Source: Robiginitomaculum sp. (GTDB lineage Bacteria; Pseudomonadota; Alphaproteobacteria; Caulobacterales; Maricaulaceae). Taken from it: 64,000 bases of DNA. The stretch is from positions 39,084 through 103,083 of the forward strand of contig JAJFFS010000006.1 in the NCBI GenBank assembly GCA_021776515.1, given 5' to 3'. The notes beneath the pieces are model-generated. The model was not told where the DNA came from and searched no databases. It saw only the letters and a list, made by a program, of their open reading frames with translations. Positions 10,164 to 19,486 of this stretch are shown one piece after another (the first letter of the stretch is position 1; each line of letters opens with the position of its first letter). Both the position numbers and the translations under genes were made by a program.

Positions 10164-11525
10164 TCAATAAGCACCGGCCTTGAAAATCATATCCAGATCG
10201 CTTTTCCATTCACCATGATAACAGGCGAGCAGCTCTTCGGCGGGTGTTATCCCGGAATAGGCAATGTCCTCCATACCGGCCAGAAACAGGCTCTCATTTT
10301 CGCCGTAAGCATTGCACCGGGCGCGACGTTTCAGGCCATTATGGGATATTGCCAGTACTTTTTGCGCAATCTTTTGCATGCTGGTATCGCGCAAGGGTGC
10401 GTTCAGGCCCAGTGTTGGCGCAGTGCGGCGAAGGGCTTCGCGCTCATATTCATTCCAGTCCTTAACCAGCATCCAGGCTTCATCAAGTGCATCATTGTCA
10501 TAAAAAATGCCAGTCCAGAATGCCGACAAGGCACACAGCCGCGACCATGGCCCCCCATCGGCACCACGCATTTCAAGAAAGGTTTTCAGGCGCACTTCGG
10601 GGAACAATGTGGAAAGATGATCTTCCCAGTCTTTTAGTGACGGTTTTTCGCCGGGCACCACATCCAGCTTGCCGTCCATAAAGTCACGAAAGCTTTTGCC
10701 CGAAGCATCCAGATACACCCCGTCCCGTTTGACAAAATACATCGGCACATCCAGGGCGTGATCTACGTATTGCTCAAAGCCGAAACCATCTTCAAACACA
10801 AACGGCAACATGCCGGTTCGGTCCGGGTCGGTATCGCCCCAGACATAACCGCGATAGGACAAAAATCCGTTCGGGCGTCCATCAGCAAAAGGCGAATTGG
10901 CAAAGAGGGCCGTTGCCACCGGCTGCAAGGCCAAAGACGTGCGAAACTTTTTCACCATGTCGGCCTCAGAGGAATAATCGAGATTAACCTGCACGGTGCA
11001 GGAGCGGAACATCATCTGCCGCCCCAAACGCCCCACTTTGGGCATATAATCACGCATGATTTTATAGCGTGGCTTGGGCATAATGGGCGTATCTTCAAGG
11101 CTGCATACTGGCGAGAAGCCAAGCCCCAGAAATCCAGCCCCCATCTCATCGGCGACCGCTTTAACCTCTTTAAGATGATTATTTACCTCGGCACAGGTTT
11201 GGTGAATATCGCTCAGGGGCGCACCGGATAATTCAAACTGGCCACCCGGTTCCAGCGTTACCGTTGCCCCTTCACGCGACAGGCCAATCAGATAACCTTC
11301 CTCAACCATTGGTGCCCAGCCAAAGCGTTGCAGCCCTTCGAGCATTTTAAAAATGCTTGGACCATCACCATCATAAGGAAGCGGCCCGTGATCGCTTAGC
11401 GCAAAGCCAAACTTCTCATGCTCGGTGCCAATGCGCCATTCTTCCGCAGGTTTACACCCCGAGGCGAGGTATTCCACCAGCGCCGTTTTATTCTCAACCG
11501 GCGCATTTTTATCTATGGCAGACAT
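10164..11525 (-). CDS. gshA: glutamate--cysteine ligase (plant/alphaproteobacterial GCS2 type)
   Basis: 453 aa. RIGTEHEKFGF...VTLEPGGQFELSGAP...TCTVQVNLD are typical of the GshA type found in plants and alphaproteobacteria. Confidence 0.85.
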   Translation of the reverse strand: MSAIDKNAPVENKTALVEYLASGCKPAEEWRIGTEHEKFGFALSDHGPLPYDGDGPSIFKMLEGLQRFGWAPMVEEGYLIGLSREGATVTLEPGGQFELSGAPLSDIHQTCAEVNNHLKEVKAVADEMGAGFLGLGFSPVCSLEDTPIMPKPRYKIMRDYMPKVGRLGRQMMFRSCTVQVNLDYSSEADMVKKFRTSLALQPVATALFANSPFADGRPNGFLSYRGYVWGDTDPDRTGMLPFVFEDGFGFEQYVDHALDVPMYFVKRDGVYLDASGKSFRDFMDGKLDVVPGEKPSLKDWEDHLSTLFPEVRLKTFLEMRGADGGPWSRLCALSAFWTGIFYDNDALDEAWMLVKDWNEYEREALRRTAPTLGLNAPLRDTSMQKIAQKVLAISHNGLKRRARCNAYGENESLFLAGMEDIAYSGITPAEELLACYHGEWKSDLDMIFKAGAY

Positions 11526-11613
11526 TCAGCCTCTCCTTCAACCCAGACTTATTGATTTAGGAAACCCTAATCCTTACGGCAAGTCACAAATCTGAGATGA
11601 ATTAAAAATAAGC

Positions 11614-12387
11614 CTATTTTACCCAATCCCCGCAAACTGATTGCCACAAGGTTATGGCCGCCAGCGCAGCGGTATCGGCACGCAATATCCGTGGCCCCAA
11701 TGTTACCGGGCAGACAAACGGCAAGGCCCGCAACATCACGCGCTCCTCAGGGGTAAACCCGCCTTCGGGGCCAATGAGAATGGCTGCCTTTTGTGCATCC
11801 TTTTCCCTGTCTTGCAAACTTTGCAGCATCGGGTGCGCCCGGCCATTCTCACCGCCCCAGGGTTTTTCCAGATTTTCACCGGCTTCATCGCAAAAAATAA
11901 GAAGGCGCTCCGCGTCCCAGCCCTGCAATGCCTCCTCAAAGGTTGCAGACGGCAAAATTTGCGGATGGTCCAGTCGTTCGGTCTGCTCGGCAGCCTCACG
12001 GCAAATCAGGACCATACGCTCATTGCGTATGGGGCGCGCCGTCGTGCGGGCGGTGATAACCGGGCGTAGAACCCGCACCCCAAGCTCGGTGGCTTTTTCA
12101 ACAATAAATTCGCTGCGCGATTTTTTCACCGGCGCAAATAACAAATGCAAATCCGGTACTTGGGCAAAGGCGCGCGTTTGCGTGTCCACCCGAAGAACCG
12201 CAACCTTCTTGCCTGCCTCAGTAATATGCGCCAGCCATTCTCCATCACCGCCATTAAACAGGCGCAATTCATCTCCCACACGGCGGCGCATCACATTCAT
12301 TACATAATGTGACACCTCTTTGGACAAGGTGATTTGCTGATCGTGGCGAAGAGGCTCATCAACATAAAGGCGTGGGCTGGCTTTCAT
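11614..12387 (-). CDS. rsmE: 16S rRNA (uracil1498-N3)-methyltransferase RsmE
   Basis: The track ORF is extended to 12447. The likely start is MKASPRLYVDEPL at 12387. The C-terminal ILIGPEGGFTPEE...LGPRILRADTA matches the RsmE SPOUT signature. Confidence 0.8.
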   Translation of the reverse strand: MKASPRLYVDEPLRHDQQITLSKEVSHYVMNVMRRRVGDELRLFNGGDGEWLAHITEAGKKVAVLRVDTQTRAFAQVPDLHLLFAPVKKSRSEFIVEKATELGVRVLRPVITARTTARPIRNERMVLICREAAEQTERLDHPQILPSATFEEALQGWDAERLLIFCDEAGENLEKPWGGENGRAHPMLQSLQDREKDAQKAAILIGPEGGFTPEERVMLRALPFVCPVTLGPRILRADTAALAAITLWQSVCGDWVK

Positions 12388-12451
12388 GCACGAAAAGCAC
12401 CTCAATCGAACGCAAACGTCAAGACCGGCTTGACACAGCACGCACAACTGG

Positions 12452-13441
12452 GTGCAACAGGGTATGGCAAATGATCAACAAGCAATCGCCGACGCGCAAC
12501 CACAAGGTTGGGTTGATACCCGTGCGCCGCTTGGCTGGCGGCCATACTTGCGCCTGGCCCGCTATGACCGGCCTATCGGCTTCTGGCTATTAGCCATTCC
12601 GTGCTGGGTTGGCATGGCATTGGCACACCTCACCCGGCCATGGGAGGGTAGCGATCTGGTACTGGCGATCGCCTTCTGGGTTGGGGCGCTGGCCATGCGC
12701 GGGGCGGGCTGCACCTATAATGATATTGTCGACCGCGACCTTGATGCCAAAGTGGAACGCACCGCCAAGCGCCCGGTCGCGGCAGGCATTGTCAGCCTTA
12801 AAAGCGCCTGGGGGTTTTTGCTCGTCCAATGCCTTGTAGGTCTTGGCGTGCTTTTCCTTTTGCCGCCTATGGCGCGCTGGGTGGCGCTTGGCTCTCTGCC
12901 GTTAATACTGGCCTACCCCTTTATGAAGCGCATTACGTTTTGGCCGCAAGCCTGGCTGGGCCTGACCTTTAACTGGGGTGTACTGGTGGGGTATGTGGCC
13001 ATAGCAGGAACCATCACCACACCGCTATTACTGGCCTATGCGGGGCTATTTTTCTGGACACTGGGCTATGACACTATCTATGCCCACCAGGATAAGGAGG
13101 ATGATGCCCTGATCGGCATTAAATCCACTGCGCGGCTATTTGGGCAGCACACCAAAATGGCGCTCACAATTATTTATGCCGCCGCTCTTATATTGCTGAC
13201 CTTCGCTGGCATCATCGAAGCAGACACAAGCATCAATGACAGTCGCGCCGCTATGGTGGGTGGTTGGGCACCCGCCCTCATCCTTGCTTTTTTCCTGTCG
13301 GAACAAGTGAAGAACACAGATTTCAATGATGCGGACGCCTGCCTTAAGGCCTTCAAGCAAAATAAAATTGCCGGGATTAGTTATGTTACCGCATCGGCAC
13401 TGGCCCCTTTCATCCTTGGCTGGATAGAGGGCATGAAATAA
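12452..13441 (+). CDS. ubiA: 4-hydroxybenzoate polyprenyltransferase
   Basis: 329 aa, polytopic. Aspartate-rich motif NDIVDRDLDAKVERTAKRPVAAG and a second motif YAHQDKEDD. Confidence 0.9.
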   Translation: MQQGMANDQQAIADAQPQGWVDTRAPLGWRPYLRLARYDRPIGFWLLAIPCWVGMALAHLTRPWEGSDLVLAIAFWVGALAMRGAGCTYNDIVDRDLDAKVERTAKRPVAAGIVSLKSAWGFLLVQCLVGLGVLFLLPPMARWVALGSLPLILAYPFMKRITFWPQAWLGLTFNWGVLVGYVAIAGTITTPLLLAYAGLFFWTLGYDTIYAHQDKEDDALIGIKSTARLFGQHTKMALTIIYAAALILLTFAGIIEADTSINDSRAAMVGGWAPALILAFFLSEQVKNTDFNDADACLKAFKQNKIAGISYVTASALAPFILGWIEGMK

Positions 13442-13445
13442 CGTT

Positions 13446-14054
13446 TTGAGCAAAGCACACAAACATCTCACATCCGACCCGATTATGGCAGCACTGATGG
13501 CGCAGCACGGCCCCTGCCCGCTTAAACATAACCCGGATGTCAGCCCTTATCATGCCCTGGTGCGTACCATCATATTCCAGCAAATTTCCGGCGCAGCGGC
13601 ATCAGCGATTATGGCACGTTTTTTGGCCGTGTTCGAGACGGACTTTCCAACGCCAGAAGCACTGGCCGCAAAAGACTGGGAAGAGCTGCGCGCTGTTGGC
13701 CTGTCGCGCAATAAGGCGCTGGCGGTTATTGATGTCGCCGCCAAAACCCTGGACGGCACCGTACCGGCGCAAGACGCACTGAGTACACTGGAAGATGAGG
13801 CGGTGATAGAGCGCCTGATACAGGTGCGCGGCGTCGGGCGCTGGACCGCCGAAATGTTCCTGATGTCCACTTTGGGGCGGCCCGACATATTGCCACTAAA
13901 TGACATTGGACTACTGAACGGGGCACAGATTGCCTATGGCCTTGAGGCCCGCCCCGATGCCGATGCCTTCACCATGCTGGGCGAACAATGGCGCCCCTGG
14001 CGCTCGATCGCGTGCTGGTATTTATGGCAAGCGGCAGATACCAAACTGGCCTAA
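13446..14054 (+). CDS. DNA-3-methyladenine glycosylase II family (HhH-GPD) protein
   Basis: 202 aa. LIQVRGVGRWTAEMFLM is the helix-hairpin-helix element. LPLNDIGL supplies the catalytic Asp context. Confidence 0.8.
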   Translation: MSKAHKHLTSDPIMAALMAQHGPCPLKHNPDVSPYHALVRTIIFQQISGAAASAIMARFLAVFETDFPTPEALAAKDWEELRAVGLSRNKALAVIDVAAKTLDGTVPAQDALSTLEDEAVIERLIQVRGVGRWTAEMFLMSTLGRPDILPLNDIGLLNGAQIAYGLEARPDADAFTMLGEQWRPWRSIACWYLWQAADTKLA

Positions 14055-15748
14055 CCCGCGTTCAGGAGCGTTTTGGCCGCAGCACGAGCTTCATCAGAAA
14101 CATCGGCACCGGCCAGCATACGAGCGATTTCCTCGCATCGTTCATCATTGTCTAATTTGTGCAAACCGGTAAACGTGGCTTTGTCTTTTTCAATTTTTTC
14201 AATACGAAACTGGCTGTCGGCACGGGCCGCCACTTGCGGGCTGTGGGTGACCATCAGCACCTGCGCACCGTGTGAAAGATCCGCAAGACGCCGCCCCACC
14301 GCATCGGCAACGGCACCGCCAACGCCTTGGTCAATTTCATCAAAAACCATGGTTACCGGACCACCCTTGGCTGCCAACCCCGCCTTTAGTGCCAGTGAAA
14401 ACCGGGATAGCTCGCCGCCCGATGCAATAGCCCCCAATGGCCCGAAAGGCATGCCAGGGTTTGTAGAAACTTCAAAATGGATCTGGTCACACCCGCCGGG
14501 GCCGCATTTTTCTGCCGATAACAGGGTCTGGCGTACTGCAAAGCGGGCCTTTTCCATTTTCAACGGGGCCAGTTCTTTTGTCAGAGCCAGTTCCAGTCGT
14601 TTACCGGCTTTGGCACGTTTGCCCGCCAGCGTTTTTGCCGCCCGGTCATAGCCCCCTTGTGCCGCGTCAAGGGTGGTACGCGCGGTTATTTCCTCTGCTT
14701 CAAGGTTTTGCACGCTTTCCAGTCGCGATGTCAGATCCCGGCGCAAATCAGCAAGTGCATCAACATCAACGCCATGCTTGCGGGCGGCAGCGCGCAGGGC
14801 AAACAGACGTTCTTCTGCCCTGTCCATACGATCAGGCTGAACATCAAGCGCATGGCCTGCATCATCAAGTGCTGATGTAGCTTCCCCCATCTCGATCAGG
14901 GCGCGTTCAAGAGCACCGGCCCCGCGCTCAAGCGATAACTTTGCCGTTTCTGATTGCTCATCATCCTGTAACTGGCCGAGCGCCTGTTCCAATGCCCCCA
15001 GTGCCGACGACAAGCTGGCCTCCAGCCCACGATCATCGTTCAGGACAGTCCGGGCAGCCTCTACCTTTTCTGCCAGCTTATGCGCTTGCATAAGAAAAGC
15101 CCGCTCCGCAGCCAGCGTTTCTTCTTCGCCAGATTTAGGGTCAAGGCGGTCCAGTTCCTCCAGTGATGTGCGAAGGTATTCGCTCTGCGCCTCCGCATCA
15201 GCCCGACGGGCCACCACCGCCTGCAAATGCTCGTTCGCATCCTGAAGTGTGCGCCACAACTGGCCCAGGGCGGCAACATCAGCGTGTAGGTTGGCACTGG
15301 CATCCAGCAAGGGGCGGTGTGTGGCCGCATTTAACAAGCCCTGCCCGTCATGCTGGCCATGAACCTCCAGCAACAAGGTGCCGATGGTATTCAAAAGACG
15401 CGCCGACACCGGCTGATCATTGACAAAAGCACGACTGCGCCCATCGGCACCAAGACTGCGTCTCAATACCAAATCCTCGTCCATATTCCATTCAACACCG
15501 GCATCCTCAAGAACACCCTGCGCAGAGTGTCCAACAGGCAAGGTAAAAACCGCACTGACATTAGCCTTGTCCGTGCCCGTACGCACCAACCCCTTGGCGC
15601 TACGCATTCCCAGCGCCAATCCCAGTGCATCCAGGATGATGGATTTTCCGGCACCCGTTTCCCCGGTCAGGGCCGTCAGCCCCGGCCCGAAACGAACATC
15701 CAGCCTGTCAATCAGAACAACATTACGAATTGAAAGCGCATTCAGCAT
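14051..15748 (-). CDS. recN: DNA repair protein RecN
   Basis: 565 aa. N-terminal Walker A LTGETGAGKSIILDAL, a long coiled coil, a C-terminal SGGELSRFSLAL signature and Walker B VFDEIDQG. Confidence 0.95.
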   Translation of the reverse strand: MLNALSIRNVVLIDRLDVRFGPGLTALTGETGAGKSIILDALGLALGMRSAKGLVRTGTDKANVSAVFTLPVGHSAQGVLEDAGVEWNMDEDLVLRRSLGADGRSRAFVNDQPVSARLLNTIGTLLLEVHGQHDGQGLLNAATHRPLLDASANLHADVAALGQLWRTLQDANEHLQAVVARRADAEAQSEYLRTSLEELDRLDPKSGEEETLAAERAFLMQAHKLAEKVEAARTVLNDDRGLEASLSSALGALEQALGQLQDDEQSETAKLSLERGAGALERALIEMGEATSALDDAGHALDVQPDRMDRAEERLFALRAAARKHGVDVDALADLRRDLTSRLESVQNLEAEEITARTTLDAAQGGYDRAAKTLAGKRAKAGKRLELALTKELAPLKMEKARFAVRQTLLSAEKCGPGGCDQIHFEVSTNPGMPFGPLGAIASGGELSRFSLALKAGLAAKGGPVTMVFDEIDQGVGGAVADAVGRRLADLSHGAQVLMVTHSPQVAARADSQFRIEKIEKDKATFTGLHKLDNDERCEEIARMLAGADVSDEARAAAKTLLNAG

Positions 15749-15760
15749 ACTATGAATGCG

Positions 15761-16600
15761 TCAGAACAGACGCCTCCAGGTGCGGCTGATAAAGGAGCCC
15801 TTCTTTTTCGGCTCCACCTCTTCATTCGCTTCATCAATATTGGTCACACCATTTTTGGAAAGCAGTTTATAGCTGTCCTCATACCAGTTTGTGCCCGAAT
15901 AATTGTGCCCCAGAACCGCCGCCACCTGCACGGCTTCAGCCATCACACCAAGGCGCACATAAGCCTCAACCAGACGATGCAGGGCCTCGGGAGTGTGGCT
16001 GGTCGTATCATAAACTTCAACCACATGCTGGAAACGGGCAATGGCTGCTAAATGATAACCACGTTGCAAATACCAGCGGCCAACAGCCATGTCCTTGCCC
16101 GCAAGCTGATCATTCGTCAGATCCATTTTAAGGCGTGCATCTCGCGCGTATTCACTATTGGGAAAACGTCGCAAAACCTGGCGAAATCCATTAAGGGCTG
16201 CCTGGGTTTCAGACTGGTCACGACCAACATCTGATATCTGCTCAAAATGGCAAATCGCTATCAGATAGTAGGCATAAGGAGCGCTTCGCGAGCCAGGGTG
16301 CAAGGCAACAAAACGCTGGGCAGCATTGATGGCATCAGAATATTTATTGGACTGATAATTGGCATAAGCCGCCATCAGCATTGAACGGCGGGCCCATTCT
16401 GAATACGGGTGCTGGCGCTCAACCTCATCAAACAGAAGAACAGCACGGGGCCAGTCCCGACGCCCCATCCGGTCGTAGCCCTCAAGATAAATGTTCTCGG
16501 CGGGGCGCTCGACATACGCCAGTTTTTTCTTGCTTTTACTGCCACAACCAACCGTGAGCACCAAAGAAGCAAGAAGCAGGGATGTCAGTAATTTTGGCAT
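15761..16600 (-). CDS. bamD: outer membrane protein assembly factor BamD
   Basis: 279 aa. Lipoprotein signal with lipobox LTVGC, then TPR-like repeats typical of BamD/YfiO. Confidence 0.85.
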   Translation of the reverse strand: MPKLLTSLLLASLVLTVGCGSKSKKKLAYVERPAENIYLEGYDRMGRRDWPRAVLLFDEVERQHPYSEWARRSMLMAAYANYQSNKYSDAINAAQRFVALHPGSRSAPYAYYLIAICHFEQISDVGRDQSETQAALNGFRQVLRRFPNSEYARDARLKMDLTNDQLAGKDMAVGRWYLQRGYHLAAIARFQHVVEVYDTTSHTPEALHRLVEAYVRLGVMAEAVQVAAVLGHNYSGTNWYEDSYKLLSKNGVTNIDEANEEVEPKKKGSFISRTWRRLF

Positions 16601-16827
16601 GATAAGTCATATCTCTGTAGGTATGAAAAAACCTGTTTACCCCGAAGCGCTGCCCGGGTGAAGCACCTGAGCAGAACAATTGCACTTAACAATTATTCAG
16701 GTCAAGTTCAGGCTAGGGAGATTAGTATCCTGACAAGAAATTACCGCCCTATGGAAAATAGATACCATAGCGAACCTGGATAGCTGTATTCAAGATTGTT
16801 ATTCGCGGACTTGGAAGGATACACGTG

Positions 16828-17976
16828 ATGAGTTTGCGCCCTTTTTTTTACAGCATTATCCTGGCCCTGTTTTTCTTGTTTCCGCCTGATGCAGGAGCTA
16901 AAAATACCAACCCGAAGCATGTGAAGGCAAAGGCCGACAGGGCGGTTGCTGTTTACAAGGAAGGGGTGATTGAAGGCCGCGATGTATCCGGGATGCTCCC
17001 CAAGCTGCAGCGGGTTAAAGAGCTGGGTGATGCGGGAAAAATGGGCCAGGCTGATGCCCTGCTGGATGAAATTTTGGCTGATTTTGCAGCCCTGGAAAAG
17101 CCGACATCAGGACATTCGAGACAAACAGTTTTCACAAAAAACAAACTGGTGCAAATTATTGGCTATGACAGTGATGTCATGGAGGCTTTTCTTTCACGTG
17201 ATGGCAAGTATTTGTTTTTTAACAGCGAAAGCCATGATGTCGGCGATAAAAATATTTATTACGCGACAAAAATTGATGCCTATACATTTCAGTTCTTGGG
17301 GCAGGTTGGCAATGTAAATACCAGCGCCGTAGATGGGGTGCCGACCATGGATGAGGGTGGTAATTTTTACTACCTCTCAACCCATGCCTACGGACCTGGC
17401 AATTTGGTATCAATTTTTTCGGGAAAATTTGAAGATGGCGTGGTTAAAAACGTCCGTCCTGTTTCAGGTATATCCCTTAACCAGCCCGGCTGGCTGAACA
17501 TGGATACAGAAATTAGCGCCGACGGCCATACCCTCTATGCAACGCAAACCTGGTTTGGTGATGGCAGTCCACCCACAAAATCGCATTTCTTTTATGCAAG
17601 AAAAATCGATGACAGGTTTATCCCGCAAGATGATTCGCCCAAGATATTCAAACACATCAATAAGGATAAGGTGGTCTATGGAGCCACAATTTCCAAAGAC
17701 GAGCTGGAAATTCTTTATACTCGTATGGTCAGGAAAAATAAGGCCATAAAAGTGGAAAGCCTGCGCGCCGCAAGGAAGGACAGGAACAGCCCGTTTGGTC
17801 GACCCAAAATCATCAAAAGCATCACCGGTTTCGCCGAAGCACCCGCTTTTAGCCATGATGGGCAGCTAATCTATTATCACAAAAAAACATCCGATGGCGT
17901 GTTCAGACTCTACGCCCTTCACAGAAATGAACTTACCCGGCTTAATCTGCCAATTTCACCCGGCCTGGTACAATAA
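16828..17976 (+). CDS. secreted PD40/TolB-like beta-propeller repeat protein
   Basis: Signal peptide (ILALFFLFPPDAGA). Recurrent S-x-DG-x-x-(L/I)-(Y/F) motifs (LSRDGKYLFF, ISADGHTLYA, FSHDGQLIYY). ATG at 16828 follows RBS ggaagga. The gene is visibly more AT-rich than its neighbours. Confidence 0.55.
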   Translation: MSLRPFFYSIILALFFLFPPDAGAKNTNPKHVKAKADRAVAVYKEGVIEGRDVSGMLPKLQRVKELGDAGKMGQADALLDEILADFAALEKPTSGHSRQTVFTKNKLVQIIGYDSDVMEAFLSRDGKYLFFNSESHDVGDKNIYYATKIDAYTFQFLGQVGNVNTSAVDGVPTMDEGGNFYYLSTHAYGPGNLVSIFSGKFEDGVVKNVRPVSGISLNQPGWLNMDTEISADGHTLYATQTWFGDGSPPTKSHFFYARKIDDRFIPQDDSPKIFKHINKDKVVYGATISKDELEILYTRMVRKNKAIKVESLRAARKDRNSPFGRPKIIKSITGFAEAPAFSHDGQLIYYHKKTSDGVFRLYALHRNELTRLNLPISPGLVQ

Positions 17977-17993
17977 CCTAGATTGCCTCGCGG

Positions 17994-18025
17994 GCAGGTG
18001 ACGCGTTTTACAAACCGTCACCTGC
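17994..18025. terminator. 10-bp-stem hairpin between convergent genes
   Basis: gcaggtgacg(17994-18003) pairs with cgtcacctgc(18016-18025) around a 12-nt loop, between the PD40 gene stop (17976) and the porin stop (18036). Confidence 0.5.
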
Positions 18026-18035
18026 ACCGGAGCTA

Positions 18036-19286
18036 TCAGAAATGCGCACCCACAGTGAACCATATTTTCTGTGTATCGGTTGCAAAGCCTTTGGCATTAT
18101 AATCGGCAAATTTCAGAGCAACTGAGTAATGCTTGTTGATTTTCTTGGCGACGAGAAGGTCAATTTCCGTGCCATAATTGCCGCCGGTTGCCGCCGAGAA
18201 GTCATGATAGATGGCTGCAAATTTCAGGCCTTTCAGGGGACCGTCCGCCTGTACCTTATAAGCAAGGCTGCCGTAGAAATCTTCCAGTCCACCACCCGGG
18301 GTACCCAGAAATTTATCAGCCCAGCCATTAAACTTGTGCGAGGTGGCCAATGGGGTTTGAAACGCCGCAGTGCCGCCATTATCCGAGCCAAGTTTCTCAA
18401 AGCCGACTTTACCGGTCAGGCCATTGGCGCTGAGGCCAGCGGACAGGTGGACATAGTCCGCGCTATAATCGGTTGCATTGCTGGCGTGGTCAGTCTGGTT
18501 TGCGTATTCGGCCTCATAGAGGAACGTCATATTGCCATCAGCTACTTTATGCTTGCCATCAAAGCGCACACCAAAGGTTTTGCTGGACAAGCCAAACACG
18601 GGGGCATCATTCAGATCAATGATCAGGCCATAGGCGGTGATATTGCCAATGGGCAAGCCAGTATATTTGGCATCCACAACAAAGGTATTCGTGTCCAGAT
18701 CACCAAACGGGTGATCTGAGCCAAAAACCCGGTTCACGTTCCATATATAGGCAGTCGTAATCGTCATGTCCGGAATGGATGAATTGATCATCCCTACCAT
18801 GTCCCAGGTCTGATCATTCTGGCGCCAGCCAACCGTGCCGACAAAGCGTTGATTGCCGATATTAACCGCCGTACGACCTGCCAGCAAAGTGGTTTTCTCA
18901 AATCCGGTATAGGCGATATAAGCTTGATTAACCTCGGTAATTTCCGGGTCGGCAATCACCGGAAAGCGGGTTTTGCCATTGCCTGAATCGTTAAAGGCTG
19001 TCGCACCAATGTTGGAGACGTTATCAAACTCAAGAACGCCAGAGAAGCCTTTGAACACGCCGGTTTCATACTTCAGTTTAGTGCGTAAAGTGGAGGCAAA
19101 AGCATCCTTGGCAAAGCCGTCCTGATCGACGTTTTCCGCGCGATAACGAAAATCCACCGTGACCTTGCCGCCGGTGATGGCATCAGCCAGAGTTTCAGCC
19201 TCTTCGGCAAGTGTGGGAGTGGCGGCCGCAATCAGTGCGAACGACGCAATGCTGGCTAAAAGGCCAGACTTCGTAGGGGTGCGCAT
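18036..19286 (-). CDS. outer-membrane beta-barrel porin, uncharacterised family
   Basis: 416 aa. Signal peptide ending TLAEEA, alternating amphipathic strands rich in Y/G/D/N, and a C-terminal aromatic residue (TVGAHF). It lies directly downstream of narI. Confidence 0.7.
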   Translation of the reverse strand: MRTPTKSGLLASIASFALIAAATPTLAEEAETLADAITGGKVTVDFRYRAENVDQDGFAKDAFASTLRTKLKYETGVFKGFSGVLEFDNVSNIGATAFNDSGNGKTRFPVIADPEITEVNQAYIAYTGFEKTTLLAGRTAVNIGNQRFVGTVGWRQNDQTWDMVGMINSSIPDMTITTAYIWNVNRVFGSDHPFGDLDTNTFVVDAKYTGLPIGNITAYGLIIDLNDAPVFGLSSKTFGVRFDGKHKVADGNMTFLYEAEYANQTDHASNATDYSADYVHLSAGLSANGLTGKVGFEKLGSDNGGTAAFQTPLATSHKFNGWADKFLGTPGGGLEDFYGSLAYKVQADGPLKGLKFAAIYHDFSAATGGNYGTEIDLLVAKKINKHYSVALKFADYNAKGFATDTQKIWFTVGAHF

Positions 19287-19350
19287 AACTAAAGTTCCTG
19301 TGCTAGAATGGATACTGACACCATAATACCCACAAAGACCTTTTGGTTAT

Positions 19351-19364
19351 TTGACCTGGGTCAA
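19351..19364. promoter_or_regulatory. FNR/Crp-type box TTGACCTGGGTCAA upstream of the porin
   Basis: Perfect TTGAC-N4-GTCAA palindrome 65-78 nt upstream of the porin ATG. It shares the left half-site TTGACCT with two of the nar-locus boxes (27942 and 29602); the 29777 box reads TTGAACC. Confidence 0.6.
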
Positions 19365-19427
19365 ACCGGAATGGACAAAACGTCGCAGGTGGCGTTGTTC
19401 TATTGGGCCAAGGTCAGCTTATTTCCC

Positions 19428-19468
19428 CCTTCGACAAGCTCAGGGTGAGGTCGGACGACAAGCTCAGG
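19428..19468 (+). repeat. short interspersed repeat (two direct copies of cgacaagctcagg)
   Basis: cgacaagctcagg occurs at 19432-19444 and 19456-19468. The 22-mer ccttcgacaagctcagggtgag (19428-19449) recurs inverted at 33139-33160 with 21/22 identity. Confidence 0.6.
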
Positions 19469-19486
19469 AGAGAGAAGTATTCCCCC

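Noticed and set aside
11654-12307. A 217-aa plus-strand ORF, and the similar one at 11641-12069.
   Set aside because: It is antisense to rsmE, which has clear family motifs. It has the Ser/Arg-rich shadow composition.
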